A stretch of 39,430 nt of DNA from Bacteroidales bacterium (GTDB lineage Bacteria; Bacteroidota; Bacteroidia; Bacteroidales; UBA4417), in assembly GCA_038249635.1 (NCBI GenBank), contig JBBSDG010000002.1, positions 1 through 39,430 on the forward strand. Reading direction: 5' to 3'. Every line of letters starts with the position of its first letter. Position 1 is the first letter of the stretch. This document shows positions 1 to 9,758 of this stretch, in pieces. The position numbers and the translations under genes were made by a program. The notes below the pieces were generated by a model. It worked only from the letters and a program-made list of their open reading frames with translations, was not told where the DNA came from and searched no databases.

Positions 1-152
1 AAACTCCAGGGTATTTCAACCACTTTGTTTACAAAGCTTTGGCTGCCTGTGTTTGTTATGGTGATAGTTTTTGACATGCTTATCTGTGCTTTTGAAACAG
101 AACAGACAAACAGCAAGGCAAAGGATAATAAGAGTATTGATAATTTTTGCAT
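1..152 (-). CDS. 5' end (first 50 codons) of a secreted protein whose body lies left of the window; identity unresolved
   Basis: Manual reverse-strand translation from the ATG at 152..150 gives MQKLSILLLSFALLFVCSVSKAQISMSKTITITNTGSQSFVNKVVEIPWS and stays open to the window edge. It has a clear signal peptide. It is missing from the ORF track only because it has no stop codon inside the window. It is too short to assign a family. Confidence 0.45.
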   Translation of the reverse strand, partial: MQKLSILLLSFALLFVCSVSKAQISMSKTITITNTGSQSFVNKVVEIPWS

Positions 153-363
153 CTGGTTTTAAATTTTTAGTAAACTACTATTTTAAGTTCTCATTTTCAA
201 TTCTGATCAAACTCCATTTGTTAAGCAATTAATATGTTGGTCAATAATCTTCTTATTTTGATCCTAACTTCAATTGTTAATCCCCAAATCTTATCTCTTA
301 GTGAAAAGTGATGATTTTCAACAAAAGGACTTTACATTCACTATAGTATAAGTCATTAACTTT

Positions 364-801
364 CTACTTCCATTCGACGACCAAAGTCTCTTCGGGCGAA
401 ATGGATACAGTATTACCAATCACTTTCCCATGCTTGTTCGAATAAATTATTTTTCCAATCCGGATACGGCACATCGAAAATTGATTTTCTTTCAGTACCC
501 TGAACCATGTGTCAATCTCTTCGGGTGTTTGGCCGGGTTCAATAAAAACCTGCGCACCAAGAAACGGAACCTGGCTAATTGCGTCTCCTATATTTTGTCC
601 TTTGGAAACCGGAACGCCATAATAAGGGTCTTCTGTTTTTGTATTAGCCAGTAAATCGGTGTGAACTGTTCCGGGAACTGTGGTAGTAAGCCATGCTTTA
701 TCAGTTGTCATACGGAATTGCGATTTTGTCGCATCAATAGCCTGAGAGAAACAATTCAGGCTAATTGCTAAAATAAAAAATAATGTTTTTAAGGTTTTCA
801 T
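364..801 (-). CDS. 145-aa secreted mini-protein, probably a mosaic or truncated glycosidase remnant
   Basis: ATG start and signal peptide MKTLKTLFFILAISLNCFSQ. The stretch 'WLTTTVPGTVHTDLL...EDPYYG' matches the very N-terminus of GH2 beta-mannosidase/galactosidase-type enzymes. 'GAQVFIEPGQTPEEIDTWFRVLKENQFSMCRIRI' looks like the first beta-alpha-beta of a clan GH-A TIM barrel. The ORF then ends after about 30 more residues. It lies 29 bp downstream of GH92, so it is probably co-transcribed. Confidence 0.4.
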   Translation of the reverse strand: MKTLKTLFFILAISLNCFSQAIDATKSQFRMTTDKAWLTTTVPGTVHTDLLANTKTEDPYYGVPVSKGQNIGDAISQVPFLGAQVFIEPGQTPEEIDTWFRVLKENQFSMCRIRIGKIIYSNKHGKVIGNTVSISPEETLVVEWK

Positions 802-830
802 GTTTAAGTTATCAGGCGATTTTGAAAACG

Positions 831-3023
831 TTAATTTCCCCAGTCCGTAGCTACTTCACTCAGTTCCATTTCGATGGTTGCGCCATTGATTATATCGCTG
901 TGGTGGAAAATGGAACTATTCCAAATCTTACCATTGACTTTGCAGGATTTGATATAAATATTCTTCTCCAAAGCATTGTTGGCAATGATTGTTACTGTTT
1001 TGCCATTACCTAAAGTGATTACCGATTTTTTATAAAGGGGTGCATTCAGGTAATAAATATCCTGTCCGGCATTGGGGAAGAAGCCCATGGCTGAAAATAC
1101 ATACCACGAAGACATAGCTCCTGTATCGTCGTTGCCTGGAACACCTGTTAAATCGTAATTGTGATTTAAAATCCAATGCACCCATTTCGACGTTAAATCG
1201 GGTCGGCCTGCATGGTTAAAAGTGCGTAAAGCCCAAAATGAAGGTTCATTGCCATAGTCAATTAATTTTTTATCCATAGCATATTCCAAGCGTTTGGCAA
1301 ATTTCTCTTTGCCACCCATTAACTTCATCAATTGCTCAATATCGTGTGGAACAAAGTATGAATAGGTCCAGGAAGTGCCTTCATAAAAGATATTTTTCCA
1401 CGAATTTCCCCAATATTTTGGGTCTTGTCCAACGAAAGTCCCATCAGCTTTGCGGCTATCAATAAAACCTTTATATCCATCACTTTCCAGATCTGTATTC
1501 CACAGCTTTGTCCATCCATTGCTGCGTTTGAGGTATTTCTCGTAATCGTCTGTTTGTCCAAGTTTTTTTGCAATTTGTGCCATGCAAAAATCGTTGTAGG
1601 CATATTCCAGCGTATTTGATGTACTGTTGAAACACTCCGGAATCCAGCCCTGTTCTTTGTATTTGGCGTTGTTGGCAGCAAAAACAGAATTTTTGGCATT
1701 GAATGAAACCAAACCCTTTCTTTCGTTATCCGCATTGTTTTTAAGTAATTTGTATGCTTCATTCTCGTCAATGCCTTTTACTCCTTTTATTATTGCTTCA
1801 GCAATCACATTATCTACATCGTTTCCGCCTTGTTCATCGTCCATATCCACACCAGCCACAAAACCATCGCGAACTTTGCCGTTGTGTTCAAATCGATCTA
1901 TAAAACAGTTTACATTACCGCTAACCATATCCGGGTCAATGAGTATTGAAAGCGAAAATGCCGAACGCCAGGTATCCCAGATGGCAAAATTGTCGTCCCA
2001 GTATGGTTTGTCGCTTATCCAGTTTGGATTATCGCCTGTGCGGTCGCGAGGTTGAACCATAGTGTGATACATTGCTGTATAGAAAATTTTCTTTTGTTCT
2101 TCAGAAGAAGTTTCAATTTTGATTGTGCTTAGTTTTTTCTCCCAGGCTGCCATTCCGGCTTTTTTTACTTTGTCGATATTCCAGACCGGTAATTCAGTCT
2201 TCAAATATTTTTCGGCATTTTCGAAACCGGAAAAAGAGATAGCGGCTTTCATCAACACGGTTTCACCCTTTTTTGTTTTAAAGCGACAGAAAGTTCCAAT
2301 CCTTTGATTAGTGTTTTCATCCATCGCAAGTGTATTTACCCCGTTTTTTATCTGCAAATCTTTCCATACCCCGCTTTCCGTAAAATCTTTGTTAAATTCG
2401 GCTATAAAATATATTACATTCTTTCCCCAAGCCCAGCCTCCTGCGCATTCAATAGATGCCCTGATTTGTTTTTTTTCAGGGAAAACCTCCACGTTGCATT
2501 TACTGAATTTGTAACCAAGCTCCGGCACAATATCTCCAATACTTTGCGTTGCATCGAGCACCACATATGCGCTATCGGACTGTGGATATGAAAACTTATA
2601 CATTGCTGCATGGTTAGTGGGAGCAAAACCGGCTACAATGCCATACCGGTCAAGGTTTGTTTGATAGTAATAAGCAGTTGTTATTTCTTTGGATTTTGGC
2701 GAATCATGTGCCCGTTTACCTAAAGCCAGTCCAACCTGCGGTGAAATCAAAAAATGGCCATATTTACTCCAGCCGGTACCACTTACGTGCAATTGCCCGA
2801 ATCCCATTATTGGTTGTTTTGGACTATAGCCACCCATTCCGCCTTCTATTGTTTGCGGTGAAGGATTAATGCTGCCATAAGGTAATTGCGCACCAATTAC
2901 ACAGGCACTTCCACGATCGTCTATTACGCCTATTTTAGTATCGACATATTGCACCAAATTGGTTTGTGCAAAGCAACTAAAGGTTGCTTCCAAAACAAAA
3001 AGGAATATAGTTAATTTTCTCAT
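831..3023 (-). CDS. Glycoside hydrolase family 92 (alpha-mannosidase-type), secreted
   Basis: 730 aa with a signal peptide. The N-terminal 'YVDTKIGV...' resembles the GH92 start. The C-terminal motifs 'GNEPSFWALRTFNHAGRPDLT' and 'PGNDDTGAMSSWYVFSAMGFFP' match the conserved GH92 catalytic-domain signatures (GNEP..., GNDD.G.MS.WY). Confidence 0.8.
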   Translation of the reverse strand: MRKLTIFLFVLEATFSCFAQTNLVQYVDTKIGVIDDRGSACVIGAQLPYGSINPSPQTIEGGMGGYSPKQPIMGFGQLHVSGTGWSKYGHFLISPQVGLALGKRAHDSPKSKEITTAYYYQTNLDRYGIVAGFAPTNHAAMYKFSYPQSDSAYVVLDATQSIGDIVPELGYKFSKCNVEVFPEKKQIRASIECAGGWAWGKNVIYFIAEFNKDFTESGVWKDLQIKNGVNTLAMDENTNQRIGTFCRFKTKKGETVLMKAAISFSGFENAEKYLKTELPVWNIDKVKKAGMAAWEKKLSTIKIETSSEEQKKIFYTAMYHTMVQPRDRTGDNPNWISDKPYWDDNFAIWDTWRSAFSLSILIDPDMVSGNVNCFIDRFEHNGKVRDGFVAGVDMDDEQGGNDVDNVIAEAIIKGVKGIDENEAYKLLKNNADNERKGLVSFNAKNSVFAANNAKYKEQGWIPECFNSTSNTLEYAYNDFCMAQIAKKLGQTDDYEKYLKRSNGWTKLWNTDLESDGYKGFIDSRKADGTFVGQDPKYWGNSWKNIFYEGTSWTYSYFVPHDIEQLMKLMGGKEKFAKRLEYAMDKKLIDYGNEPSFWALRTFNHAGRPDLTSKWVHWILNHNYDLTGVPGNDDTGAMSSWYVFSAMGFFPNAGQDIYYLNAPLYKKSVITLGNGKTVTIIANNALEKNIYIKSCKVNGKIWNSSIFHHSDIINGATIEMELSEVATDWGN

Positions 3024-3063
3024 TTTTTTAATTTTAAGTGCAGAGGTTGTTTGATTTATACAT

Positions 3064-5262
3064 TTACTCTACTAAGATTTTTATCGAACTTTTAAGATCG
3101 GCTGACGAAGCTGCATTGCAAAGTATAAACTCTCCTGGTTCAACTACCCAGCTATGTGTTTTTTCGCTGTAGTACGCCATATCCTGAACTTTTATTTGCA
3201 ACTCTACAGTTTTTGTTTCTCCTGCTTTCAGGTAGATTTTGTCGAATGCTTTCAACTCTTTCGATGGACGAACTACAGATGCTTTAGGTTGGGATGCATA
3301 AAGCTGCACGACTTCAGTGCCATCCACTTCACCTGTATTTTTCAGTGCAAACGATACTTTGATGAAATCATTTTCGCTGTAAATATTCTTGTCGGTAGTT
3401 ATATTTCCATATTCAAAAGTAGTGTACGACAATCCGAAACCAAATGGGAAAAGCGGTTTTATTTTTTTCGTATCGAACCAACGGTAACCAACCAAAATAT
3501 CTTCTTTGTATTCCTGATTATTACCTTCACCAGGATATGAAATGGCTCCAAATGAATGTGCGCCGTAATCGTTTAGTTTAGTTCCAAAGGTAAAAGGAAG
3601 TTTTCCACTTGGATTTACCTCTCCCGAAAGTACATTAGCTATGGCATTACCTGCTTCAGAGCCTAAATACCAACTCTGCACCAAAGCCGGAATATCTTTT
3701 AGCCAGGGCATTTCAACTGCATTTCCGCTGAGCAGGACTACAACAATGTTTTTATTTACTTTAAGCAACTCGCTTAATAATTTTTCCTGCCCGAAAGGCA
3801 ATGCCATTGATTTCCGGTCGCCACCCTCGCAATCCTGAAAATTATTTTTGTTTAGTCCACCAAAGTAGAAAACCACTTCAGCAGTTTTTGCAATTTCTAC
3901 TGCTGCTGTTATCAGCGAATCAGCATTAAGTTTCGAAGGAACTTCTTTTTCATACACATAGGGACCAGATGAATATCCCAAACTTTGCTGAATGGTCTCC
4001 TTGCCATATTTTTTTTGTAAACCCACTAATGGCGAAACTTCATACGCCACTTTTAATGATGAAGACCCACCACCAATTACCATACTTCTTACTGCATTTT
4101 CACCAATAACAGCTATTTTCTTATATTTTCCAGCCGAAATGGGGAGTGTTTGTTTTTCGTTTTTAAGCAAAACAATTCCCTGCTCGGCTATTTTTCGTGC
4201 GGCTTCGGAATGTTCGGGACTTACAAACTTGCCATTGGGGCGATTTGCGCTCATGGTTGTTCGGAAAATCAGACGCAAAATGCGGCTCACTTTATCATTT
4301 AATACCGTTTCGCTGTATTTCCCTGATTTTAATCCTTGTAAAAATGGATTTGCAAGATAGTACTCTGAATAAGGTGAAATTCCTTCGGTAGTAAGTCCAT
4401 TGGTTGATGTACCCATTTCCAAATCAAGACCATTGTTTACAGACTGATCGGAATTGTGAACTCCGCCCCAATCACTAATAACTACACCGTCGAATTTCCA
4501 GTCGGTTTTCAGAATTTTGTTCAGCAATAAATCATTATGACAGCAATGCTGCCCACGGAACTGATTATAAGAACCCATAATTGACCATACTTTAGCTTCT
4601 TCTACCGCTGCTTTAAAGGCAGGTAAATATATTTCATTCAAGGCTCGATCACTCACCTGAACATTTATTGCCATTCGATTAACTTCCTGATTATTCAATG
4701 CAAAATGCTTTACACAAGCTGCCACGCCACATTGTTGCACCCCTTGTATATACGGTACCACCATACGCGAAGTCAAATATGGATCTTCGCCCATATATTC
4801 AAAATTCCTGCCATTTAAAGGAGTTCTGTAGATATTCACACCCGGACCAAGTAAAACATTTTTATTGCGGTAACGAGCTTCTTCACCAACCGATTTCCCG
4901 TATAATTTTGACATTTCAGGATTAAAGCTTGCAGCTAAACATGTGAGCGCCGGAAATGCAGTACATGAATCGTTTGTCCAGCCGGCACCACTCCATTTGT
5001 CCCAAAGAACCTCTTCCCGAATTCCGTGAGGTCCATCACTCATCCAAACCTCTGGAATTCCTAATCGGGATACTCCTTTAGAACTAAACTTCGATTGGGC
5101 ATGACACATGGCCACTTTTTCTTCCAATGTCATAAGTGACAATGCATTTTTTACCCGTAGTTCGATTGATTGTGTGTTGTCGAGATAAACAGGTGTATGG
5201 TTTTGAGCGGATAAGCCAGCCACCACAAACAAAAGAATTACGACAGATGTTAATTTTTTCAT
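3064..5262 (-). CDS. Glycoside hydrolase family 3 (beta-glucosidase-like), secreted
   Basis: 732 aa with a signal peptide. Motifs: 'LGIPEVWMSDGPHGIRE', 'KHFALNNQE', 'VISDWGG' (GH3 nucleophile motif), and a C-terminal Fn3-like 'VVQLYASQP...ELKAFDKIYLKAGETKTVELQI'. Confidence 0.85.
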   Translation of the reverse strand: MKKLTSVVILLFVVAGLSAQNHTPVYLDNTQSIELRVKNALSLMTLEEKVAMCHAQSKFSSKGVSRLGIPEVWMSDGPHGIREEVLWDKWSGAGWTNDSCTAFPALTCLAASFNPEMSKLYGKSVGEEARYRNKNVLLGPGVNIYRTPLNGRNFEYMGEDPYLTSRMVVPYIQGVQQCGVAACVKHFALNNQEVNRMAINVQVSDRALNEIYLPAFKAAVEEAKVWSIMGSYNQFRGQHCCHNDLLLNKILKTDWKFDGVVISDWGGVHNSDQSVNNGLDLEMGTSTNGLTTEGISPYSEYYLANPFLQGLKSGKYSETVLNDKVSRILRLIFRTTMSANRPNGKFVSPEHSEAARKIAEQGIVLLKNEKQTLPISAGKYKKIAVIGENAVRSMVIGGGSSSLKVAYEVSPLVGLQKKYGKETIQQSLGYSSGPYVYEKEVPSKLNADSLITAAVEIAKTAEVVFYFGGLNKNNFQDCEGGDRKSMALPFGQEKLLSELLKVNKNIVVVLLSGNAVEMPWLKDIPALVQSWYLGSEAGNAIANVLSGEVNPSGKLPFTFGTKLNDYGAHSFGAISYPGEGNNQEYKEDILVGYRWFDTKKIKPLFPFGFGLSYTTFEYGNITTDKNIYSENDFIKVSFALKNTGEVDGTEVVQLYASQPKASVVRPSKELKAFDKIYLKAGETKTVELQIKVQDMAYYSEKTHSWVVEPGEFILCNAASSADLKSSIKILVE

Positions 5263-5331
5263 TGGGAATTAATTTTTATTCTATAGTTAATTTACACTTA
5301 CTCGTTGATATCATTATTTTCAATCACAAGA

Positions 5332-7935
5332 CTATTTCAGAAATACCCTAAACGATTGGATTCTGTTATGTCCGATTGTTGTTCCTATTTTACCTGATTC
5401 AGGAACTATTGGTGCACCGTCTGTTTCGATGTGTGTCGTGTTTTTGCAACTTATAATTTCCCTCGCTGCAGCGATTGTACATTCCGCATCTTTATTGTGT
5501 GTATTCCAAACCCTGAGTATGATACCTTTGTCAATACCCTCTTCCGAAGGTTTTACGCTCCATAGAATAACATCAGGATTGGAAACCGACAGCAATGAAA
5601 ACTGTGTTTCGCCGGAAGCGGATTTGTCACCTGTAACTTTTCCTGTAATGAGAGGATTTAGATTTTCTAGAGAAAACTTCATAGCCGCAGTTGCATCAAA
5701 ACCAGAATTGTGACTGGTAAGGGCAAAATGATAGCGAAAACTTGTTTCACCATTTTGCTTTGGAAAGCCCAAATAACCACCATCTTCCAGTTTTTTATCT
5801 ACCCGGCCACCAGCCAAAGCATATATTTGCGAGGCATTTTCGTCAAGCGAATAAATTGAACTTTCACCAAGTTTAAAGAAACTGCAATCCAGATTTGAAA
5901 CGGTTATTCCATAGTTTTCCTCGCTCAGGTCAGCAAAATGATTAAATGTTTGCCAATCGTAGCGGGCATTTTGTGATGAGTAATTTCCCCCATTGGTTTC
6001 GAGCCTGGCGGTTATAACAGCTCCCAACTCCTCATAGCGGGTGGTAGGTTTTTCCAGATGGAACGGGAAGGCCCAGGTTTTCACATCATCGAAATTGGCA
6101 TCAATACTGTTTTCAATTTCAATCTCCGGACTATTGGCAAACAATGTAACACGTGTTGTGTGCTTAACCGGAAAGGCAGAAACCGCCTTTAGCGTTACCG
6201 AAACCGGACCGTAATTTTCGACTACTACCGCCTCTCCTTTGGTCACATCGTCAGTTCCCAAATCGTTGAGATACTTTCCATTTTTGGCCTTCACCAGTTG
6301 ACGGTTTTCAAAACGCTTGTCGATTATTTCCATAATGGCGCCAGAAGGGCTTAAATGCAATTGATAATACTTATTGCTGATATTTTCGCCTGAAACGGTT
6401 ATTGTATTTTGATTTGGTGTTGTTTCTCCTTTTCTGATTTCGAATATTTTGAACCCAACCGAAGGGATGTTTTCAGCAAAAAAGCGGATATATTTCTTAC
6501 CCGATTTCGTGATAGTTTGACTCGTTACTTCCTTATTTTCATGAACGTCAATTATTTTTACCGGATAATCACCTTCCCATTCAAAATCGGCCACATCACT
6601 TCTAATCCAGCTTAAAGGATTGAAAACGAAAAATCGCTGAAATTCCGATTTGCGAATTTGATCGCCTAAGTTCTGAATTGACAGCTTAAGCAAGGTGTTG
6701 GTATAAGCAGTGAGATTTTGCTGTAATTTAACCTGCCAGGCTGGCCTTTCCGTCATGGCTAATTTGCTGTCGCCGGTCCAGTCGTGTTCCCAGTAAAACC
6801 CAAACGAGTCCCAGGCTTTATTCCGCATGTCAATCAATTGGTCAGCAAAATGAGGATTTGTAAGACTAACAACTGTAGCCAATGCTTCTGCTCCCCTGAG
6901 CTTCTCGGTTGCCCGCCTCATTTTAGCCGTGGTTTCGTTCATCGATGCCGACAATAAATCCCACTCATTTCCGTAAGTCACCGACTCTGAAGGTAGTTGC
7001 GGATATTTTTTTTCCACATCTTTAAAGAAATCTTCCAGTACTGAAACGCGAACCTTTCGGTTAGGTGTAGTTCCATTTTTAGCAACCTGAATAAACTCCG
7101 GAGAGAGATAGGTTTCAAGGTCGTCGTGACCATAACCATAAGCTGCGACAGCATTAAACGGGTATTTCGAATTTGGTGAAATCGTATCGCACATCGCATC
7201 GAGCCGGGGAATCAAACTACCAATCTCTTTCACGGCATCTTTCGAGGGGATAGCGGTACGGGTTTCGGCATATCCTCCTAATGGGGCAGTTTTCTTTTCA
7301 TCGTAGATATACCATTTCATAATCACTCCTGAACCATCAAGACCGGCATACCGATAAAGCTGGTTCCGTCGGTTGGCACGGTATTCGTAACTCATTTGAC
7401 TTCCATATCCACCAATGCCATACCAACTGTATTTTGCACCTGAACCGGCCCAAATGGAACTCATCCCAAGCGGTATGGTATTATTTTCCATGGTTCCTGC
7501 CATCCGAAAACGGAGGTCGTATTTTCTCTCAATTTGGCCTGCATAATACATTCCTCGAATAGCTGCTTCGGTGGGCATCCCACCATAGCAGTTGATGAGT
7601 GCATGCAGCGGAACACTAATATGCCCGGATTTGATGGCTGAAATCAACCGTTCGAACTGCGCTGGCGAGCGGTGCCGCTGATAAGCCTGCATCCAGTAAC
7701 TGCCATCGCAATTAAATCTGGCCTGAAAATCGGGTGGATTGGACTGTGTGGAGTCGATCTGGTCGAGGTAATAGTCGAGCATCTTTACAAATGCCGAATC
7801 GTAACCTGCCTCGTTGGCCGTCCACATAAAATCGGTATGGTCATCGAGTGCCAGATATATCTTCTTTTGCTGCGCATAAAGATTATCTGTCATTACCAAA
7901 ACCAGGATCAAACAACTTCCTATATAATTTTTCAT
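5332..7935 (-). CDS. Large secreted glycosidase, GH38-like (alpha-mannosidase-type), divergent
   Basis: 867 aa with a signal peptide. The N-terminal 'IYLALDDHTDFMW' resembles the GH38 metal-binding HxHxDxxW motif with the first His replaced by Asp. 'NCDGSYWMQAY' and 'ENNTIPLGMSSIWAGSGAKY' fit the GH38 N-domain pattern only loosely. The assignment is tentative. Confidence 0.5.
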   Translation of the reverse strand: MKNYIGSCLILVLVMTDNLYAQQKKIYLALDDHTDFMWTANEAGYDSAFVKMLDYYLDQIDSTQSNPPDFQARFNCDGSYWMQAYQRHRSPAQFERLISAIKSGHISVPLHALINCYGGMPTEAAIRGMYYAGQIERKYDLRFRMAGTMENNTIPLGMSSIWAGSGAKYSWYGIGGYGSQMSYEYRANRRNQLYRYAGLDGSGVIMKWYIYDEKKTAPLGGYAETRTAIPSKDAVKEIGSLIPRLDAMCDTISPNSKYPFNAVAAYGYGHDDLETYLSPEFIQVAKNGTTPNRKVRVSVLEDFFKDVEKKYPQLPSESVTYGNEWDLLSASMNETTAKMRRATEKLRGAEALATVVSLTNPHFADQLIDMRNKAWDSFGFYWEHDWTGDSKLAMTERPAWQVKLQQNLTAYTNTLLKLSIQNLGDQIRKSEFQRFFVFNPLSWIRSDVADFEWEGDYPVKIIDVHENKEVTSQTITKSGKKYIRFFAENIPSVGFKIFEIRKGETTPNQNTITVSGENISNKYYQLHLSPSGAIMEIIDKRFENRQLVKAKNGKYLNDLGTDDVTKGEAVVVENYGPVSVTLKAVSAFPVKHTTRVTLFANSPEIEIENSIDANFDDVKTWAFPFHLEKPTTRYEELGAVITARLETNGGNYSSQNARYDWQTFNHFADLSEENYGITVSNLDCSFFKLGESSIYSLDENASQIYALAGGRVDKKLEDGGYLGFPKQNGETSFRYHFALTSHNSGFDATAAMKFSLENLNPLITGKVTGDKSASGETQFSLLSVSNPDVILWSVKPSEEGIDKGIILRVWNTHNKDAECTIAAAREIISCKNTTHIETDGAPIVPESGKIGTTIGHNRIQSFRVFLK

Positions 7936-7955
7936 ATTGACTGGTTTGAAATTCC

Positions 7956-8888
7956 TTAATTTAATTCCGATTCTGTGACTTTCCCACCTACCAAAAAAGT
8001 ATCTTTAATGTTTAACTTTTGTGCCAGATAGTAGGCCATAAAATTAAATGGCACCATGTTGTGCAGGATAGAAAAATTCTCATCAGCTTCAGGTTCTTCA
8101 ACGGTAATAACAGTTGCTCCTGCTTTTGAAATAATGTCCGAAAGCTTCAGGCTCCTCCCGCATAATGCGCCTTTGGAAATGATTTGAATCACTATACTAT
8201 TCTCAGCAGTTTCTTTCGGGCCATGGTCGTATTGTGCCATCGGCAGCCCATGAAAATGCCGCTTTGTGCTTTCACTGAGAATTAATGCAGCCTCTAAGGC
8301 AGTTGAAATATTTGGCCCACTGCCAATAATATAAATGCCGTGTATCGATTTATTGCTGATCAACTTAAAAACTTGATTAGCCATTTCTTCTCCTTTTTCA
8401 TCATATTCAGGCATCTTATTTTCCAAAAGTGCAATTGCATCAGTGGCATCAAATCCAAAGCCTTTGAACAGAGCAAGTAAGGTGTTGATATAGGTTTTAG
8501 ATGAAGAGTATTGCTCATCGCCGGCAAGCAGATCAATAAACCATGAAACATTGGGAGCTTTACACAAGGCATTTTGTGTAAAATTGGAAATTCCAATGTA
8601 GTTTTCGAAAAGCGATGTACACCATAGAGCTTCGCTGCTCCGTCCGGACTGGGAAAGAATTACGCCATTCGGGAACTTGCTGTTTTTTGCCTGGTAGTTG
8701 AAGAATTCCGAAGCGATTTCGGGTTGAATATTAATGCCCATGTATTTGAAGGCCAATGGTGCAAAATAGGAAGAGCCCATACCAAGGTAAGGCACTCCAA
8801 CAGGAAGTGTATAAGTAGGAGAATGGATTAGAAACTCACCTGCTTTTACAGGAATTTCATTGATTTCGGAAAGCATTTTACTACTCAT
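7956..8888 (-). CDS. Double-SIS-domain sugar-phosphate isomerase/deaminase (AgaS/FrlB/GlmS-isomerase-like), cytoplasmic
   Basis: 310 aa with no signal peptide. First SIS domain: 'GMGSSYFA', 'ILSQSGRSSE', 'AGDEQYSSSKTY'. Second SIS domain: 'IIGSGPNISTALEAALILSE...AQYDHGPKE'. There is no glutaminase domain. Confidence 0.75.
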   Translation of the reverse strand: MSSKMLSEINEIPVKAGEFLIHSPTYTLPVGVPYLGMGSSYFAPLAFKYMGINIQPEIASEFFNYQAKNSKFPNGVILSQSGRSSEALWCTSLFENYIGISNFTQNALCKAPNVSWFIDLLAGDEQYSSSKTYINTLLALFKGFGFDATDAIALLENKMPEYDEKGEEMANQVFKLISNKSIHGIYIIGSGPNISTALEAALILSESTKRHFHGLPMAQYDHGPKETAENSIVIQIISKGALCGRSLKLSDIISKAGATVITVEEPEADENFSILHNMVPFNFMAYYLAQKLNIKDTFLVGGKVTESELN

Positions 8889-8908
8889 TGTGCTAACTGT
8901 TCTATTTG

Positions 8909-9736
8909 TTATTTAATAATTTCTATGTATTTTTGGGCGAACCGTTTACCCATTATCCGCTGCGATTTTGAATCGAAATGCAATTTATCACCGTTATCGG
9001 TAAAATCGTTTGTTTGTATCAAAAAGACATATTTATCTTTTTTGGCATTACTTACAATAGACTTATTAATTGCGTTTTGGAATGTACTATCAGGAGTAAA
9101 AGTTCCAATCTCGCCTGTTAAAATTGGCAGTTTTTTATTATTTATATTTTTTCTGAAATCTTCAAACAAATCCTTCAATGATATCGCATAAGTTCTGACC
9201 AACAGATGTTTTGCATCGCTTTCACCCTGATGCCAAAGCAAACCCTTTATTTCACCAAAGTTCTTTGCTAATTCAACTTTCTGACGAAAATTGCTAAGCA
9301 AATTCACTTTTCGGTGCAAGGAATCTCCAATCCATTGATTGATGGAACTACCACCAACAGCAGTTGGGATAAGCAAAATTGAGACCGAATCGGGAATGTA
9401 TTTCAACAATTCACACGCAAACGAAACGCCGCAATCCAACCCTTTCATTAGTGGTTCGTATAAATTCAGCGGCTCTTTAGCCAAAATTATTTCACCTTTT
9501 GTGTTGATGCTCAAAATCCGTTGATTTGAAACCGTGTCAATTGGTTCAACCAAACCTCGCCCAGCCATATTCGATTGGCCAGCCATAATGAATACCCAAA
9601 CATTTTTTTTTGCGGGTATAATTTGTGGATACTCCGTGCATTTAGGGAAATTAGCATCCGAAGTTTCCTGTCCAAGAACAGAAAAAGATAGAATGCAAAT
9701 TAATAGTAGAGTGGTACTATATTTGAGCTTTATCAT
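8909..9736 (-). CDS. Sialate O-acetylesterase-like (DUF303/SGNH-type) carbohydrate esterase, secreted
   Basis: 'VFIMAGQSNMAGRG' and 'GLLWHQGESD' are the hallmark motifs of this esterase family. The track ORF begins at 9751 on a TTG. The first ATG (9736..9734) gives a typical signal peptide, MIKLKYSTTLLLICILSFSVLGQ, so that start is used here. Confidence 0.75.
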   Translation of the reverse strand: MIKLKYSTTLLLICILSFSVLGQETSDANFPKCTEYPQIIPAKKNVWVFIMAGQSNMAGRGLVEPIDTVSNQRILSINTKGEIILAKEPLNLYEPLMKGLDCGVSFACELLKYIPDSVSILLIPTAVGGSSINQWIGDSLHRKVNLLSNFRQKVELAKNFGEIKGLLWHQGESDAKHLLVRTYAISLKDLFEDFRKNINNKKLPILTGEIGTFTPDSTFQNAINKSIVSNAKKDKYVFLIQTNDFTDNGDKLHFDSKSQRIMGKRFAQKYIEIIK

Positions 9737-9758
9737 TTTTTTATTCCTCAATAACTAA

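Noticed and set aside
9603-9611. An A9 homopolymer on the coding strand in the esterase gene, considered as a slipped-strand phase-variation site. Several A8 tracts occur in other genes.
   Set aside because: These are Lys-Lys(-Asn) codon runs of the kind expected in an AT-rich genome. Tracts of 8-9 nt occur in at least eight genes here, so this one is not exceptional. There is no evidence of length variation from a single sequence.
9737-9751. N-terminal extensions implied by track ORFs that begin on TTG: the esterase at 9751, eda at 20318 and ORF 35890.
   Set aside because: Downstream in-frame ATGs give canonical N-termini (a signal peptide for the esterase, MSRFNRIEV for Eda). The TTG-extended versions add only a few residues with no feature.
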